DNA of 64,000 nucleotides, from assembly GCF_001194135.2 (NCBI RefSeq), contig NC_068991.1, positions 65,158,907-65,222,906 of the forward strand, written 5' to 3'. Made by a program: the position numbers and the translations under genes. Origin of the DNA: Octopus bimaculoides (Eukaryota). The notes below the pieces were generated by a model. It was not told the origin of the DNA, made no database searches, and was given only the letters and a program-made list of their open reading frames with translations. Numbering within the stretch: position 1 is the first letter of the stretch; every line of letters starts with the position of its first letter. Shown in pieces: positions 52,804-64,000 of the stretch.

Positions 52804-54152
52804 CATACACATACTGTAAAGCAGCAAACACTAAGTGTGTGACCCAATTTAGATAAATTGCCAGTTGAAACAAATTGTCCTTCACATGTTCCACTAATGC
52901 CATAATCACCAAGAAAGACGTGAATGTCACATTGTCTCATCACTTACCCTCACTCGTAAGTTGGTAGCTTTTTGTTTGAGTAAATCCATGCCCCACTCCA
53001 ACACACACACGTGTATGCATGCAGACAAATAGTAAGAGTTTGCCAATTCAGCAAATTTGAATTTTTATATGAACAGATGTACCCTTCCTAATATTAACTA
53101 ACTAAAATTGAAATAATTTCTAAGTGATTTTCACTAGGAAGGCTAAAGAACATAAAGTAATGTAATATTGTCTAAGAATACATAACAATATGTAAGAAGG
53201 GTCGTTATGTTTGATGAGTTTGCTATTGGAGTGTGAAGCAAGCTTTGAATATCACATCAGTTGCCTGGAGTTCAGGAAAGAGAAACTACAAATAAATAGT
53301 TTTGAATAAATATGATGTACCCCCTCTCTTTCTCTCATCAAAATCAACAAGAGAGACCAACTGCTCAGCCATTGTTTGATGCTTGTATCTATGGTGAGAC
53401 ATAAAGAAAAGAACCATGGATTTGATTATAGTGCTGAACCATTTGCTATAACCACACAGAACCATCCAGACATTTTGGACTTGATGATAACACTAAGTTG
53501 GTGCAAAGTATGCCATAATCCCAGAAAACAACATATTTTAGACTTTCCATGTAAAATATTACCTTTCCCTCTAGTTAGTAAGGCAACCAAAGTTAAAAAG
53601 AACCTATCCACCCATCAAGTGAGATATTCTACACCATACAGCAACCTGGTGCTTAAAAACTTAACTCAAAATAAGTTCCTCACTATGCAATACACACACA
53701 CACACATTTACGCATATTTGTGTGCTTCCATGCATAAGCACCTATACTGGTACATACTAGCACTTGTTGATAGCAAAGTAACTATGATAAAACTTGATAT
53801 AAAAATCTCCAGTTTAGTGTATTTCTACGAAAAATATTATTTTAATATAAGCAGCACGTTATGCAGAAAAACACTAGGGAGTTAAAATAGTAAGATAAAA
53901 ACATTGTTTCGAATTTAGGCAGAAGCCCAGCAGTTTTGAGAAGAGGAGGTTAGTCAATGCCATCAGTCCTCAGTATTTGACTGGTACCTTATTTTATCAA
54001 CCAGGAAAGAATAAATAATAATAATAACGCACATATGGTTGTGATGCATGTGCCTGGTGTACCCTTATCAGACGGGTAGTCATGATGGGTATATTGGGCT
54101 TTGTATATTTTACCCCAGTGTCACTTTGATGGCATGCACTGCTCTCTCACTC

Positions 54153-54194
<42 letters not shown>

Positions 54195-54196
<2 letters not shown>

Positions 54197-54491
54197 AATT
54201 ATTTTGTATTGTGCTCTGGTGCACTACAACTCATCAAAGGTGCATGTACAGTACATAGAATTATATACAAAAGTTAGGACAGTATGAGTCATGATGTACA
54301 TGTGTGCATGCATATGGAGGGGTGGATATCAGGTGTAGTGTTGGCGAATTTCAGGAAGCATGGAGGTTTTAAAGGATGCAATGTCTTGGCAACTAACAAC
54401 TGATGCAGGAAGTTTGTTCCATGCTTCAGCAACTCTGAGTGTGAAAAAATGTTTCCGAAAGTCATGGGAGCTATGCTGTTTTCTGACTTTG
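54195..54491 (-). mobile_element. CR1-clade LINE 3' fragment (ORF2 C-terminus, 3' UTR and (ATT)n tail)
   Basis: Stop-free 53 codons at 54490-54332, KVRKQHSSHDFRKHFFTLRVAEAWNKLPASVVSCQDIASFKTSMLPEIRQHYT, then TGA at 54331-54329; matches the CR1 ORF2 terminal motif RK.FF..RV...WN.LP..VV. Confidence 0.88.
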
Positions 54492-55275
54492 GGATGTTGA
54501 CCTCAATGGGATTTTGAGCTCAGAATGTAAAGAGCCAAAATAAATACAACAAAGTATTTTTGTCTGATGTCAACAATTTTATCAACCCACCACCCAATTA
54601 CCCAATAAACAATAAATTTTTTTTTTATTTTTTTTTTTAGTTTCTAATTTCTTTTCCGTTCTAAATTTTTGCTGGCCATGTACCAACAATTTTGAAGGGA
54701 GAGGGAAGTTGATTACATCGACCCCACTGCTCAACTGGTACTTATTTCATCAAACCCGAAAGGTTGAAAGGCAAAGCTAACTTCAGTTGCATTTGAACTC
54801 AGGACATAAAGAGCTGAAAGAAATGTTGCTAAGCATTTTACCAATGTGGCAATAATTGTCAGCTTGCTGCTTTACACAGATAAGCACAACAGCTCAAGGT
54901 TTAAGAGAAAAGATCAGTCTATTATATTGACTCATTCCAATACTTATTTAGCATTATCACCCCTCCCTACCACCCAAGATGGTTGAAAGACAAAGATGAC
55001 CACAGCAGAATTTTAATCTAAAACAAAGAATAAAAAAAAAATACAAGTCCTTTTGTCCAATTTTCTCAGAAATCTGCCATTACATACAAAACAAGTCATA
55101 CAAAAAGGGTTACAAAATATGTGAAGATGTACCTGCCATAAACTGGAGTGGAGTAAAACAACAGAAAAACAGGCTGTGCAGATAACAATATATTGAAAGA
55201 GATGGTTATATGCCGGGTGATACACACACACGCACACTGACAGACAGATGTACACCTATTAAACTGCCCAACCCA

Positions 55276-55658
55276 CGTGGAGGCGCAATGGCCCAGTGGT
55301 TAGGACAGCGGACTCGCGGTCATAGGATCGCGGTTTCGATTCCCAGACCGGGCGTTGAGTGTTTATTGAGCGAAAACACCTAAAGCTCCACGAGGCTCCG
55401 GCAGGGGATGGTGGCAAACCTTTCTGTACTCTTTCACAACTTTCTCTCACTCTTACTTCCTGTTTCTGTTGTGCCTGTAATTCAAAGGGTCAGCCTTGTT
55501 ACACTGTGTCACGCTGAACATCCCCAAGAACTACGTTAAGGATACACGCGTCTGTGGAGTGCTCAGCCACTTGCACGTTAATTTCACGAGCAGGCTGTTC
55601 CGTTGATCAGATCAACTGTAACGCTCGACATCGTAAGCGACGGAGTGCCAACAACAAC
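55276..55658 (+). mobile_element. Young tRNA-derived SINE with (AAC)n tail and 15-bp target-site duplication
   Basis: Head GGAGGCGCAATGGCCCAGTGGTTAGG...GTTTCGATTCC has Pol III A- and B-box-like motifs. TSD AAACTGCCCAACCCA at 55261-55275 and 55659-55673. Inserted into an old RTE-tail remnant. Confidence 0.9.
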
Positions 55659-56834
55659 AAACTGCCCAACCCATGCCAGCATGGAAAACAGACGTTAAAT
55701 GATGATGCTTTTGAGGATGATTTAAACACTGAAATGTTAACAGCTCAATGAAAACTAAGAGGAGCTTTTACTTAAACGAGCCAACAGGGAAGTTTATGTA
55801 GCAATACATGCCAGAAATAGCAGTTAAATATCCTTTAAATAACACCTTACTATCTTAAAAAAAAGGAACCACAAATTGGATTGCCTAATCGTAGATACAC
55901 TATAGGTAAGAATAAAACTAATACACCAAGGTAAACACATTAAGGCAAACAAAAAAAAAAAATGCAAAGCAACAGCTGTAATATCTTTATCATAGATTTG
56001 TTGGATTACAGTTGACCTGAGGTTAACCAACATTAACAAAGCAAAAACAAAAAAAAACTCATATTTGCACCTCTTACTATAAATATATATACATTGAAAA
56101 TGTATAGCTTTATCTTATCAATCAACTGAGTCCACATGGATGATCATTTATTAGGTAGAATACTGCTAAAATCATAATTGCTTTAACACTAGTAGGAAAA
56201 TGCAAAGTTCACTTTATACAACTTTAAAAATATATTCAATCCTGAAATAATATACAGAACCAGCAGGATTTCCAGATGATAGAGCTAGATTAATATTGAT
56301 TTCATTTCAAATTTACTGAACGTGTGTGCATCCAGAGAGGGAGAAAGAAAACGAGGGAGAGGAGAAGAACAATAAGTAAAGAGCTCGCTTGTAAGCTGGT
56401 CTGCCAGGTGCTGCTCTGTGGCTCATATCGTGTATTATCAACATTTTGTGTTTATCAACAAACCCAACATTAGGAACATTGCACTGAATATCATCAGTGT
56501 CAGTTACATATAAATATGAAAACTAAAACAGAACAAATGTAGTTGTTGCTGCTGCCGCCGCTGCTGCTGCTGCTGCTGCTGGTGGTGGTGGTGGTGTTGC
56601 TGCCATCATCATGGTGGTGGTAGTAACAGAGTTTTGTTTCTCCAAAGACAGATCCTACCTGAAACTTTAGATTTCTCTACCACAAGGCAAAATAATTAAA
56701 TGCACTTTGTGAACTTTTTACACTTATTATCCACTGGTGAAGATCCCCTCCCAACCCACCACATCACTACTTTTCTGGGGTGCTGCTGTTTCAGAAGACT
56801 TGTAAGACAAGTTGTAATCACATGCTTGATTAAA

Positions 56835-57243
56835 GTTTCAGCGTCTGCAATGGCACCACCATTTGAGCATGATCGTCACCAGCGTCGCCTTCCTGGCACT
56901 TGTGCCGCAGCTTCGCGTTCCTGGCACGTGAAAAGTCATTCGAGCGAGATCGTTGCCAGTGCCTCTGGACTGGCTCCTGTGCAGGTGGCACGTAAAATAC
57001 ACCATTTTGAGCGTGGCCGTTGCCAGTACCGCCTGACTGGCCTTCATGCCAGTGGCATGTAAAAGCACCCACTACACTCTCGGAGTGGTTGGCATTAGGA
57101 AGGGCATCCAGCTGTAGAAACTCTGCCAGGTCAGATTGGAGCCTGGTGCAGCCATCTGGTTTCACCAGTCCTCAGTCAAATCGTCCAACCCATGCTAGCA
57201 TGGAAAGTGGACGTTAAACGATGATGATGATGATGATGATGAT
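56835..57243 (+). mobile_element. Well-preserved RTE LINE 3' UTR with internal tandem subrepeats and (GAT)n tail
   Basis: Repeated GGCACGTAAAA..CACC units, then GAGTGGTTGGCATTAGGAAGGGCATCCAGCTGTAGAAAC...GGACGTTAAAC(GAT)n; CpGs retained. Confidence 0.85.
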
Positions 57244-58579
57244 GAAATACAGTACGAAAGCTGCAGTGATAATAAATACTATGTTGAAAGTTGCTTTATG
57301 AAAACTAAGAAGAACGAGCAAGATTTGAACCCAAAACATTGAGATGTTCAATTGCAGTTAAATGTATCATATTCAATCATGGATAATGACCGATATTTAA
57401 GTACACAGGCTCGAATGCAAACTTTAGTATGGACATTGTACTATGCTACCTATCTAGTGAAGGAACCTTTTATATCTTCATTCAACATTAAAGAGAAATA
57501 GCAGCACAAGGCTAACAATGTTTTAGGGGCTGGTGTCAGTCGATTACATTGACCCCAGTGCTTAACTGGTACTTAGTTTACTGACCCTGAAAGGATAGAA
57601 GAAAAATTGACCTAGGCAGCATTTGAACTCAGTCTATGAAGAGCTGCAAGCAAAACTGCTAAGCAGCTTGATAGCTAACAATTCTCTCGGCTCACCATCT
57701 TACATCCATTAGATAATTCTTTCTACTATAGGCACAAGGCCTGGAATTTGGGGGAGGGGACCAGTTGATTACATCGACCCCAGTGTTTCACTGGTACTTA
57801 ATTTATCGAGCCCGAAAGGATGAAAGGCGAAGTTGACCCCGGCAGAATTTGAACTCAGAACATGAAGACAGATGAAATATTGCTTAAGCATTTTGCCCAG
57901 CATGCTAACGATCCTGCCAGCTCGCCACCTTAACATCCATTAGATAATGTAGTCACATATGAACCTTTAAAAAAAGTGGGAGTAGGGGATGAAAATTGTC
58001 ACACTTGGAATACATTGGAATTTGCTCCTTGATCTATTCAAAAGGCTGTACCTCTATAACTACTAAAGTTTTATGAAACTCAAGTTATCTTTGCATCAGT
58101 TTTACAATGCTATACTCTTGTCGACATCAATAGATTCAAAAACAAAGCCTCAATCTCTTCCTTCCCACCCGCCCCACAATCAAAACTACATTATTTAATC
58201 CAATACATAAATTAGCTTTATTAACCTCACCAAAAAAAAAAAAAAATGCAATCTAGCCGACCCCTGCCACTAAAACACATTTTTTCTCAGTTGTTTTACA
58301 ACTAATGAAATATGCAATACATGCATCAGTTACATTTAGCCTTCTAAACTACATCCGGCTTTACAGAGCTAAAGATGTACAGCAGCACCCTCCAGTGATG
58401 GCACTGAAACCCCTCCTTTTAAAATGCAGCCCCAGCTTGCCTGGTCCCTTTGAAACAGCCTCTTCTCTCACCATCCCCTCTCTTCTTCTATCACAATTTA
58501 ATATTCCCTCTTCACACACAAATACATATATACTCACATTCACACACCTATCTGTATGCAAGTAAACACACACATCATA

Positions 58580-58610
<31 letters not shown>

Positions 58611-60746
58611 ATCCCCTAGACCGCACTTCCTTTAGCATTTATGCCCCAAGAACACACAGTTACCTCACATTGTTTTTTATCTTACGCAGCTTTTTTTTTA
58701 TCTTACGCAGCTTTTCTATCTGCAACCTATCATTCTTTTGATCTGTAGACCAATGTTCCTACTGACAGGATATATTGTTGTTGTTGCTGCTGTTGTTGTT
58801 ATGTGTTAAAGAAGAAACATAAGAAGCTAAAATGTCTTGTTTCCAATACATTCTGATTTCAAATTTCACTAAACCCAAAATTTGCCATTCACCTTTCTAT
58901 GGTCTGATAAAAAATAAATAAATAAATAAATAAAGATACCTAACAATACTAAGAATGATTAAAACCAACAATATTACACTTTCATTCTGCCGAGGTTAAC
59001 TTTGCCTTTCATCCTTTCGGGATCAATTAAATAAGTACCAGTTACACACTGGAGTTGAAATAATCGACTTTATCCGTTTGTCTGTCCTTGTTTGTCTCCT
59101 CTGTGTGTAGCCCCTTGTGGGCAGTAAAGAAATAAGAAATAGCAACTGGATTTCCCTCAAATCAAACTTTAACGGTGCTGGGTGGGGTACACATTGAATA
59201 ATGTGGTCCTTGTTCAAACTTCCTTCAGGAAACCAAAAGTTGCAATGGTCATGGCTTGGCAGGCCTTTGATCATAGCACTGGTCAATCAGAGCAGACCCA
59301 GGGTTAAACACCAAGTACTTATTTCAACTTCAGAAGAATGGAAGAGGAAGTGAGAACAGGAGGAAAGATTTTAGCTTTTCATAAAGTAAACAGTTTATCT
59401 CTACTAATTTAGCTACAATTAATACTAAATCATAATAAATTATTAACCTAAAACAAAAATAATAAAGGTTGCTATTTCAAACTGCTTTGTCCCATACCAA
59501 GTCACTGAAGTGCAGTGCAAGGATGGGTGTGTGTTTATTTTGTAAATCTCAGTCCTTGCATCTAAGTGTTTTCACAGCAAGACACCCTCCTTTACTACTG
59601 TAGCACAGAAGTAAAACAGAAGTGATAGTGTTATATTCAAACATGCTAACTGATATACAATACCCACAGACACAATAGACAAGTCAACAAGTGAGCCTAT
59701 AAGCTAGAAATAGCAGCAAAACTATAAATTTGCACTCTGTCGGTCATGACAACAAGAGTTCCAGTTGATTTGGTCAATGAAACAACTTGCTCATGAAATT
59801 AGTGTGTAAGGGGCTGACACACACACCCTTGATGTAGTTCTCAGAGAGATCCAACATGACAGAATGTGACAGGCCAGCCCTTTGAAATACAGATGCTATT
59901 CATTCTTGCCAGCTGTGTGATCTGCAGCAATGTGAAATAAAGGATCTTGCTCAAGGATACAACATACCACTGGGAATCAAACTCATGACCTTACAATTGT
60001 GAGCTGAATTCCCTAACCCCTAAGCCATGCACCTTCACCAGTAAAATCATACCCAATCATCATTTAATGTGTTTTCCATCCTGGCAATGGAAAACTCCAA
60101 CATCTGCTTTAGCATGTTTCTATGGCTGGATGCCCTTCCTAATGTCAACAACTTTATAGAGTGCACTGGGTGCTTTTATGTGGCACTGGCACTATTAAGG
60201 TCACCGAGCAACTTGCAAGACAAGACCATCCCTAAACTGAGTGGAGAGAGGTGACTTTATGGTAGGTCATGACTGAAGTATGATAGGGAAACAGAAATAG
60301 GTGTCTTCCACTAAGAAGATATATATGACTACAATTGGAAAAGAAAGAAGATGATGGCAAAGAAGAGTTACAGGAAGGTGGATATAAGTCATATAACCAG
60401 GTAAGTATGGTCATGTGAGCATGAAACAAGAGTGTCTTAAAGATAGGACACACTTGACAATGCAATCCTGAACATGCTCCTAGAAAGATAGGAAGATTCC
60501 AGCAGCAACAACTTTGATAACAGGTCTGCTCAGTCAGAGTTGACCTGGAACAAGACAATAGTGAAATCTTTTAAAGCAGTGCCCCATGCTGGGACATCAT
60601 CTTGAAGGGTTTTCATCTAACAAACTGACCCCAGTATTTATTTACTTTTTTAAAATTCTGGTAGTTATTCTATCAGTCTTTATTGCCAAGTTGCTAAGTT
60701 ACAAGGACATAATCAAATCAACACAGGTGTCAAGCAGTAGGGACAA

Positions 60747-60793
<47 letters not shown>

Positions 60794-60889
60794 TATACAC
60801 TTATGCACAACAGGCTTCCACACAGTTTCTGTCAACCAAATTCATTTACAAAGACATTGGTCAGCTCAGAGCTATAGTAAAAGACACAT

Positions 60890-61020
60890 ATGCAAAGAAA
60901 TGTGTCTATGTATGTGCCAGCACACGTAGAGACATGTGACTATGTATGTGCCTGCGCATGCAAAGAAGTATGTCAATGTATGTGCCCACTTGTGCAAAGA
61001 CAAAAGTGAAAGTATGTGCC
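60890..61020. repeat. Degenerate ~34-bp tandem repeat (GCAAAGA..TGTG.CTATGTATGTGCC...), about 4 units
   Basis: GTATGTGCC recurs four times at about 34-bp spacing. Confidence 0.7.
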
Positions 61021-62262
61021 TTCATAATGATTCATGTCGAAAAAGTAGACAAGAAATGACCCACATTAGTAAATATAACCTGTAAATATGATGTGGGTTG
61101 CATTTACTGAAGCTTGACAAAGGGTAGGTTTGAAAGTGTGCTAGGTTTTGTTTCAGAGGTCGTATTGGCCATTTATCTATATATTTATCTGTTGGTTTAT
61201 ACAGTTATTCCATTCCATGCGCACACATACACACAAAAGAGCAGAAACACAATCCATAAAAACATACACAAACAACTATTCATACAAAAAAGAAAAGAAA
61301 AAGAAATATGCATAAACTATTTAGTTCATTGCTCTATTAAATATATATACACTCCTTTATTCATCTATACAGTCAACAGAAAGTCTATCAATGCCCACCA
61401 AGGATCCAGCTACCGATACAATACACTACGAGAGTATCAGAGTGGAAGCACTCAGCTGTAAGTCTGCACTGAAGGACTTTCATACTGCTCACATTCAAAC
61501 AGGCACAAAGGAGTAAACTGAAATGCTGTGGTGCATTGTAGCACAGTGTAGTAGTGGTGTAGTTGTTGTTGTTTAGAAGTAGGTCAACTCTCATCAAGCA
61601 AATAAATGATCTAAGGCATTCCCGACAGGTCTTGAAAGGAGGGTGTACCTAGGACTACATCATCGCTTGTGTTCTATTGCTGCTTCATATACAAGATGAC
61701 AGAATGAAATTAGTGGGAGATTAGGCTGCTACCTCTAACAAATCAGGCAACCACATATAGGCTCTTTGTTGGCTCATACGGTGGACTGTAACACAGTATG
61801 GTGTGATGTGAAAGTCAGGTGTTTATTCTATTGGTCTCTTTGGCTGAATTGCTAAGTTACAGGAGACAGAAACCAACACTGGTTGTCAGACAATATGGGA
61901 GGTGGTCGTGGAGACAAACACACACACAGACACATATATCATCATCATTTAACGTCTGCTTTTCATGCTGGCATGGGTTGGACGGTTTCACTGAGGACTG
62001 GCAAGCCAGGAGGGTGCACCAGACTCCAATCTGATCTGGTAAGATTTTTACAGCGCTGGATGCCCTTCCTAACGCCAACCATTCCAAGAGTGTAGTGGGT
62101 GCTTTTTATGTGCCACTGGCATGGGAGCTAATATATACACACAAACACACACACAGTGGCTGTGTGGTAAGTAGCTTGCTTACCAACCACATGGTTCCGG
62201 GTTCATTCCCACTGCGTGGCACCTTGAGCAAGTNNNNNNNNNNATACACACAAACACACACA

Positions 62263-62652
62263 CAGTGGCTGTGTGGTAAGTAGCTTGCTTACCAACCACA
62301 TGGTTCCGGGTTCATTCCCACTGCGTGGCACCTTGAGCAAGTGTCTTCTACTATAGCCTCAGGCCTTGTAAGTGGATTTGGTAGACGGAAACTGAAAGAA
62401 GCCCGTCGTATATATGTATGTACATATATATGTGTGTGTATATGTTTGCGTGTTTGTGTTTGTCCCCAACATTGCTTGACAACCGATACTGGTGCGTTTA
62501 CATCCCCATAACTTAGCGGTTTGGCAAAAGAGACTGATAGAATAAGTACTAGGCTTACAAAGAATAAGACCTGGGGTCGATTTCTTTGACTAAAGGCGAT
62601 ACTCCAGCATGGCCGCAGTCAAATGACTGAAACAAGTAAATGAGTAAAAGAG
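62263..62652 (+). mobile_element. tRNA-headed SINE group A (copies also at about 8900-9275 -, 19094-19450 -, 22975-23130 +, 24461-24700 -, 36500-36870 +, 42700-43060 +, 47443-47779 +, 48160-48310 -, 60580-60890 -)
   Basis: Shared head GTGGCTGTGTGGTAAG..GCTTGCTT.CCAACCACATGGTTCC.GGTTCA.TCCCACTG, body CCTTGGGCAAGTGTCTTCTACTATAGCC...GGATTTGGTAGACGGAAACTGAAAGAAGCC, internal (TA)/(TG) microsatellite, and tail ending GACTGAAACAAGTAAAAGA. Confidence 0.9.
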
Positions 62653-62925
62653 TGTATATATTCTGTCAGACTAACAATTATGTGTTATAATCATATACAT
62701 ACACAATGCACACACACACAAACAAACAAACGTCAGGCTTCCATACAGTATTGGTTGACCCAGGGCTACAGTAGAAGACTCTTGCCCAAGGTGCTGTGCA
62801 GCAGGACTGAACCCAAAAACATATGATTGAAACGAAGCTTGTTAATCACACAACCATGTCGACACTTATGATAAAGAAAGTAAATTATTAAAAAAATGCA
62901 GCACAAGCAAAGCTGCCCTACTTAC

Positions 62926-63017
62926 CCTGCAGGGTAGGCAATAGCTCCAGTATTTGGGTCACATGTCAATCCTGCCGTTGAACTAATGGTTAATCCTAAT
63001 ACTTTCTCCAATGTAAC
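62926..63017 (-). CDS. MAPKBP1: MAPKBP1/WDR62-family exon (92 nt): [30 protein letters not shown]+GG
   Basis: Acceptor tttttag|GTT, donor GG|gtaag; stop-free; matches the family motif VTLEKVLG...CDP..G..AYPAG. Confidence 0.95.
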
Positions 63018-63881
63018 CTAAAAATAAAAATAGGCATTTAAATATTGAAAATAAAAAATAAAATAAATATTGATTTCTTTGACTGCAACAATATTTTGAA
63101 TCTTTTTGAATTAGAAATTTATATATTAATATTTTATTATTAATTAGAGAAATGAATATTATCGATAAATAAGGAAATCAATATTAAAAAAAAAATAATT
63201 ACATACACCCAATTACAGAAACAATATTTTTAATTATTTATTTATTGTAATTAATATTTTTATTATCAAAGCAGTGAGCAGGCAGAAATATTAGCATGTC
63301 AGACAAAATGGTTAGCAGCAATTCTCTTTACATTCTGAGCTCAAAACTCACTGAGGCCAAGTTTGCCTTTCATCCTTTTGGGGTCAATCAACTTGCCCAC
63401 TTCCCTTGCTGGCTTTGTGCCAAAATTAGAAAGAACTACTACTACTACTACTTAAAAAAAAGATAAGAGGGAGAGCACTAGATATTTAGATATATTGCTT
63501 TATATACTGAGTTTAAAACCAACCAGATCCAATCTTGCCATAGTCAATTATTACATATTGGCTGGAATAGATAGTGTCAGATAAAATGCCTTGCAGTATT
63601 TAATTATAGCCCCTTACATTCTGAGTTCAAATCCCACCAAGGTCAACATTACCTTTCAACCTTCCAAGCTTGATAAAAAAAATCAATGTATTTTAATGGA
63701 CTAACCCCTCTTCAACAAAGGACATGCTCAACTGGTTACGGTCAAACAAATGATAAGCAAATCTGTGATATTGAGCAAAATATTTGCTGTAGTTTATCTT
63801 TTATACCAAGACAAAAGGATGGACATGATAACACTTCCAATCAGAAGCCATGAGAGCTAGTGCCTGGTACTGCATCAGGGC

Positions 63882-63912
<31 letters not shown>

Positions 63913-64000
63913 ATAATATTATTATTATTATTAATAATATTATTATTATTATTAATAATATTATTATTAATATTATTATTAATAATATTATTATTATTAA
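63882..64000. repeat. A/T-only array of alternating (AAT)n and (ATT)n blocks, running off the window end
   Basis: Read directly; includes a perfect 24-bp palindrome at 63888-63911. Confidence 0.9.

Larger units (their letters stand above)
19885..63017 (-). other. MAPKBP1: Partial multi-exon gene, MAPKBP1/WDR62-family WD40 scaffold; both ends outside the identified span
   Basis: Five exons splice in frame with matching phases (2/1 junction GG+C=Gly, then 0,0,0). The peptide matches the N-terminal WD40 region of MAPKBP1 as I recall it (VTLEKVLG..., KTITAxAFSxDGKxLVxGE, [12 protein letters not shown], QHDMIVNVW, RHxKFWY). Introns are 11128, 19183, 7540 and 2842 bp. Vertebrate MAPKBP1 and WDR62 are paralogues, so this may be co-orthologous to both. 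Confidence 0.95.

Noticed and set aside
55278-55350. tRNA gene
   Set aside because: The tRNA-like head lacks a proper acceptor stem and continues into a SINE body with tail and TSD; the same applies to 21550-21623.
62135-62342. Exact 99-bp direct duplication (62135-62233 = 62244-62342)
   Set aside because: The copies flank a 10-N gap and are identical, the signature of an unmerged contig overlap rather than a real tandem duplication.

Overview
AT-rich, repeat-dense eukaryotic DNA from a gapped draft assembly (N runs at 10724-10733, 12388-12397, 19048-19093, 23989-24460, 62234-62243). The SINE/LINE families and the density of (CA)n/(TA)n/(GAT)n microsatellites point to an octopus-type cephalopod; this is inference, not a database result. 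The window appears to lie inside one large minus-strand gene, a WD40 scaffold of the MAPKBP1/WDR62 family. I found five canonical GT-AG coding exons by hand (63017-62926, 51797-51677, 32493-32401, 24860-24744, 21901-21806). They splice in frame to [173 protein letters not shown]. The ORF track captures only the second of them, inside a read-through ORF. The start codon should lie beyond 64000, and the next expected conserved exon was not found in 1-19884. The introns hold at least four tRNA-headed SINE groups, RTE and CR1 LINE 3' ends, a Penelope-like terminal fragment, decayed mariner and DD37D (maT) transposases, MITEs of Tc1/mariner, piggyBac and hAT type, and several satellites. Nearly all ORF-track entries are repeat or microsatellite read-throughs. 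The best leads are a candidate 21-nt in-frame microexon (LKRAGSM) with a downstream UGCAUG motif and a degenerate minimal hammerhead-ribozyme motif in the Penelope-like fragment. I found no CRISPR array, rRNA or genuine tRNA gene, and I cannot claim a wholly new biological system from the sequence alone.
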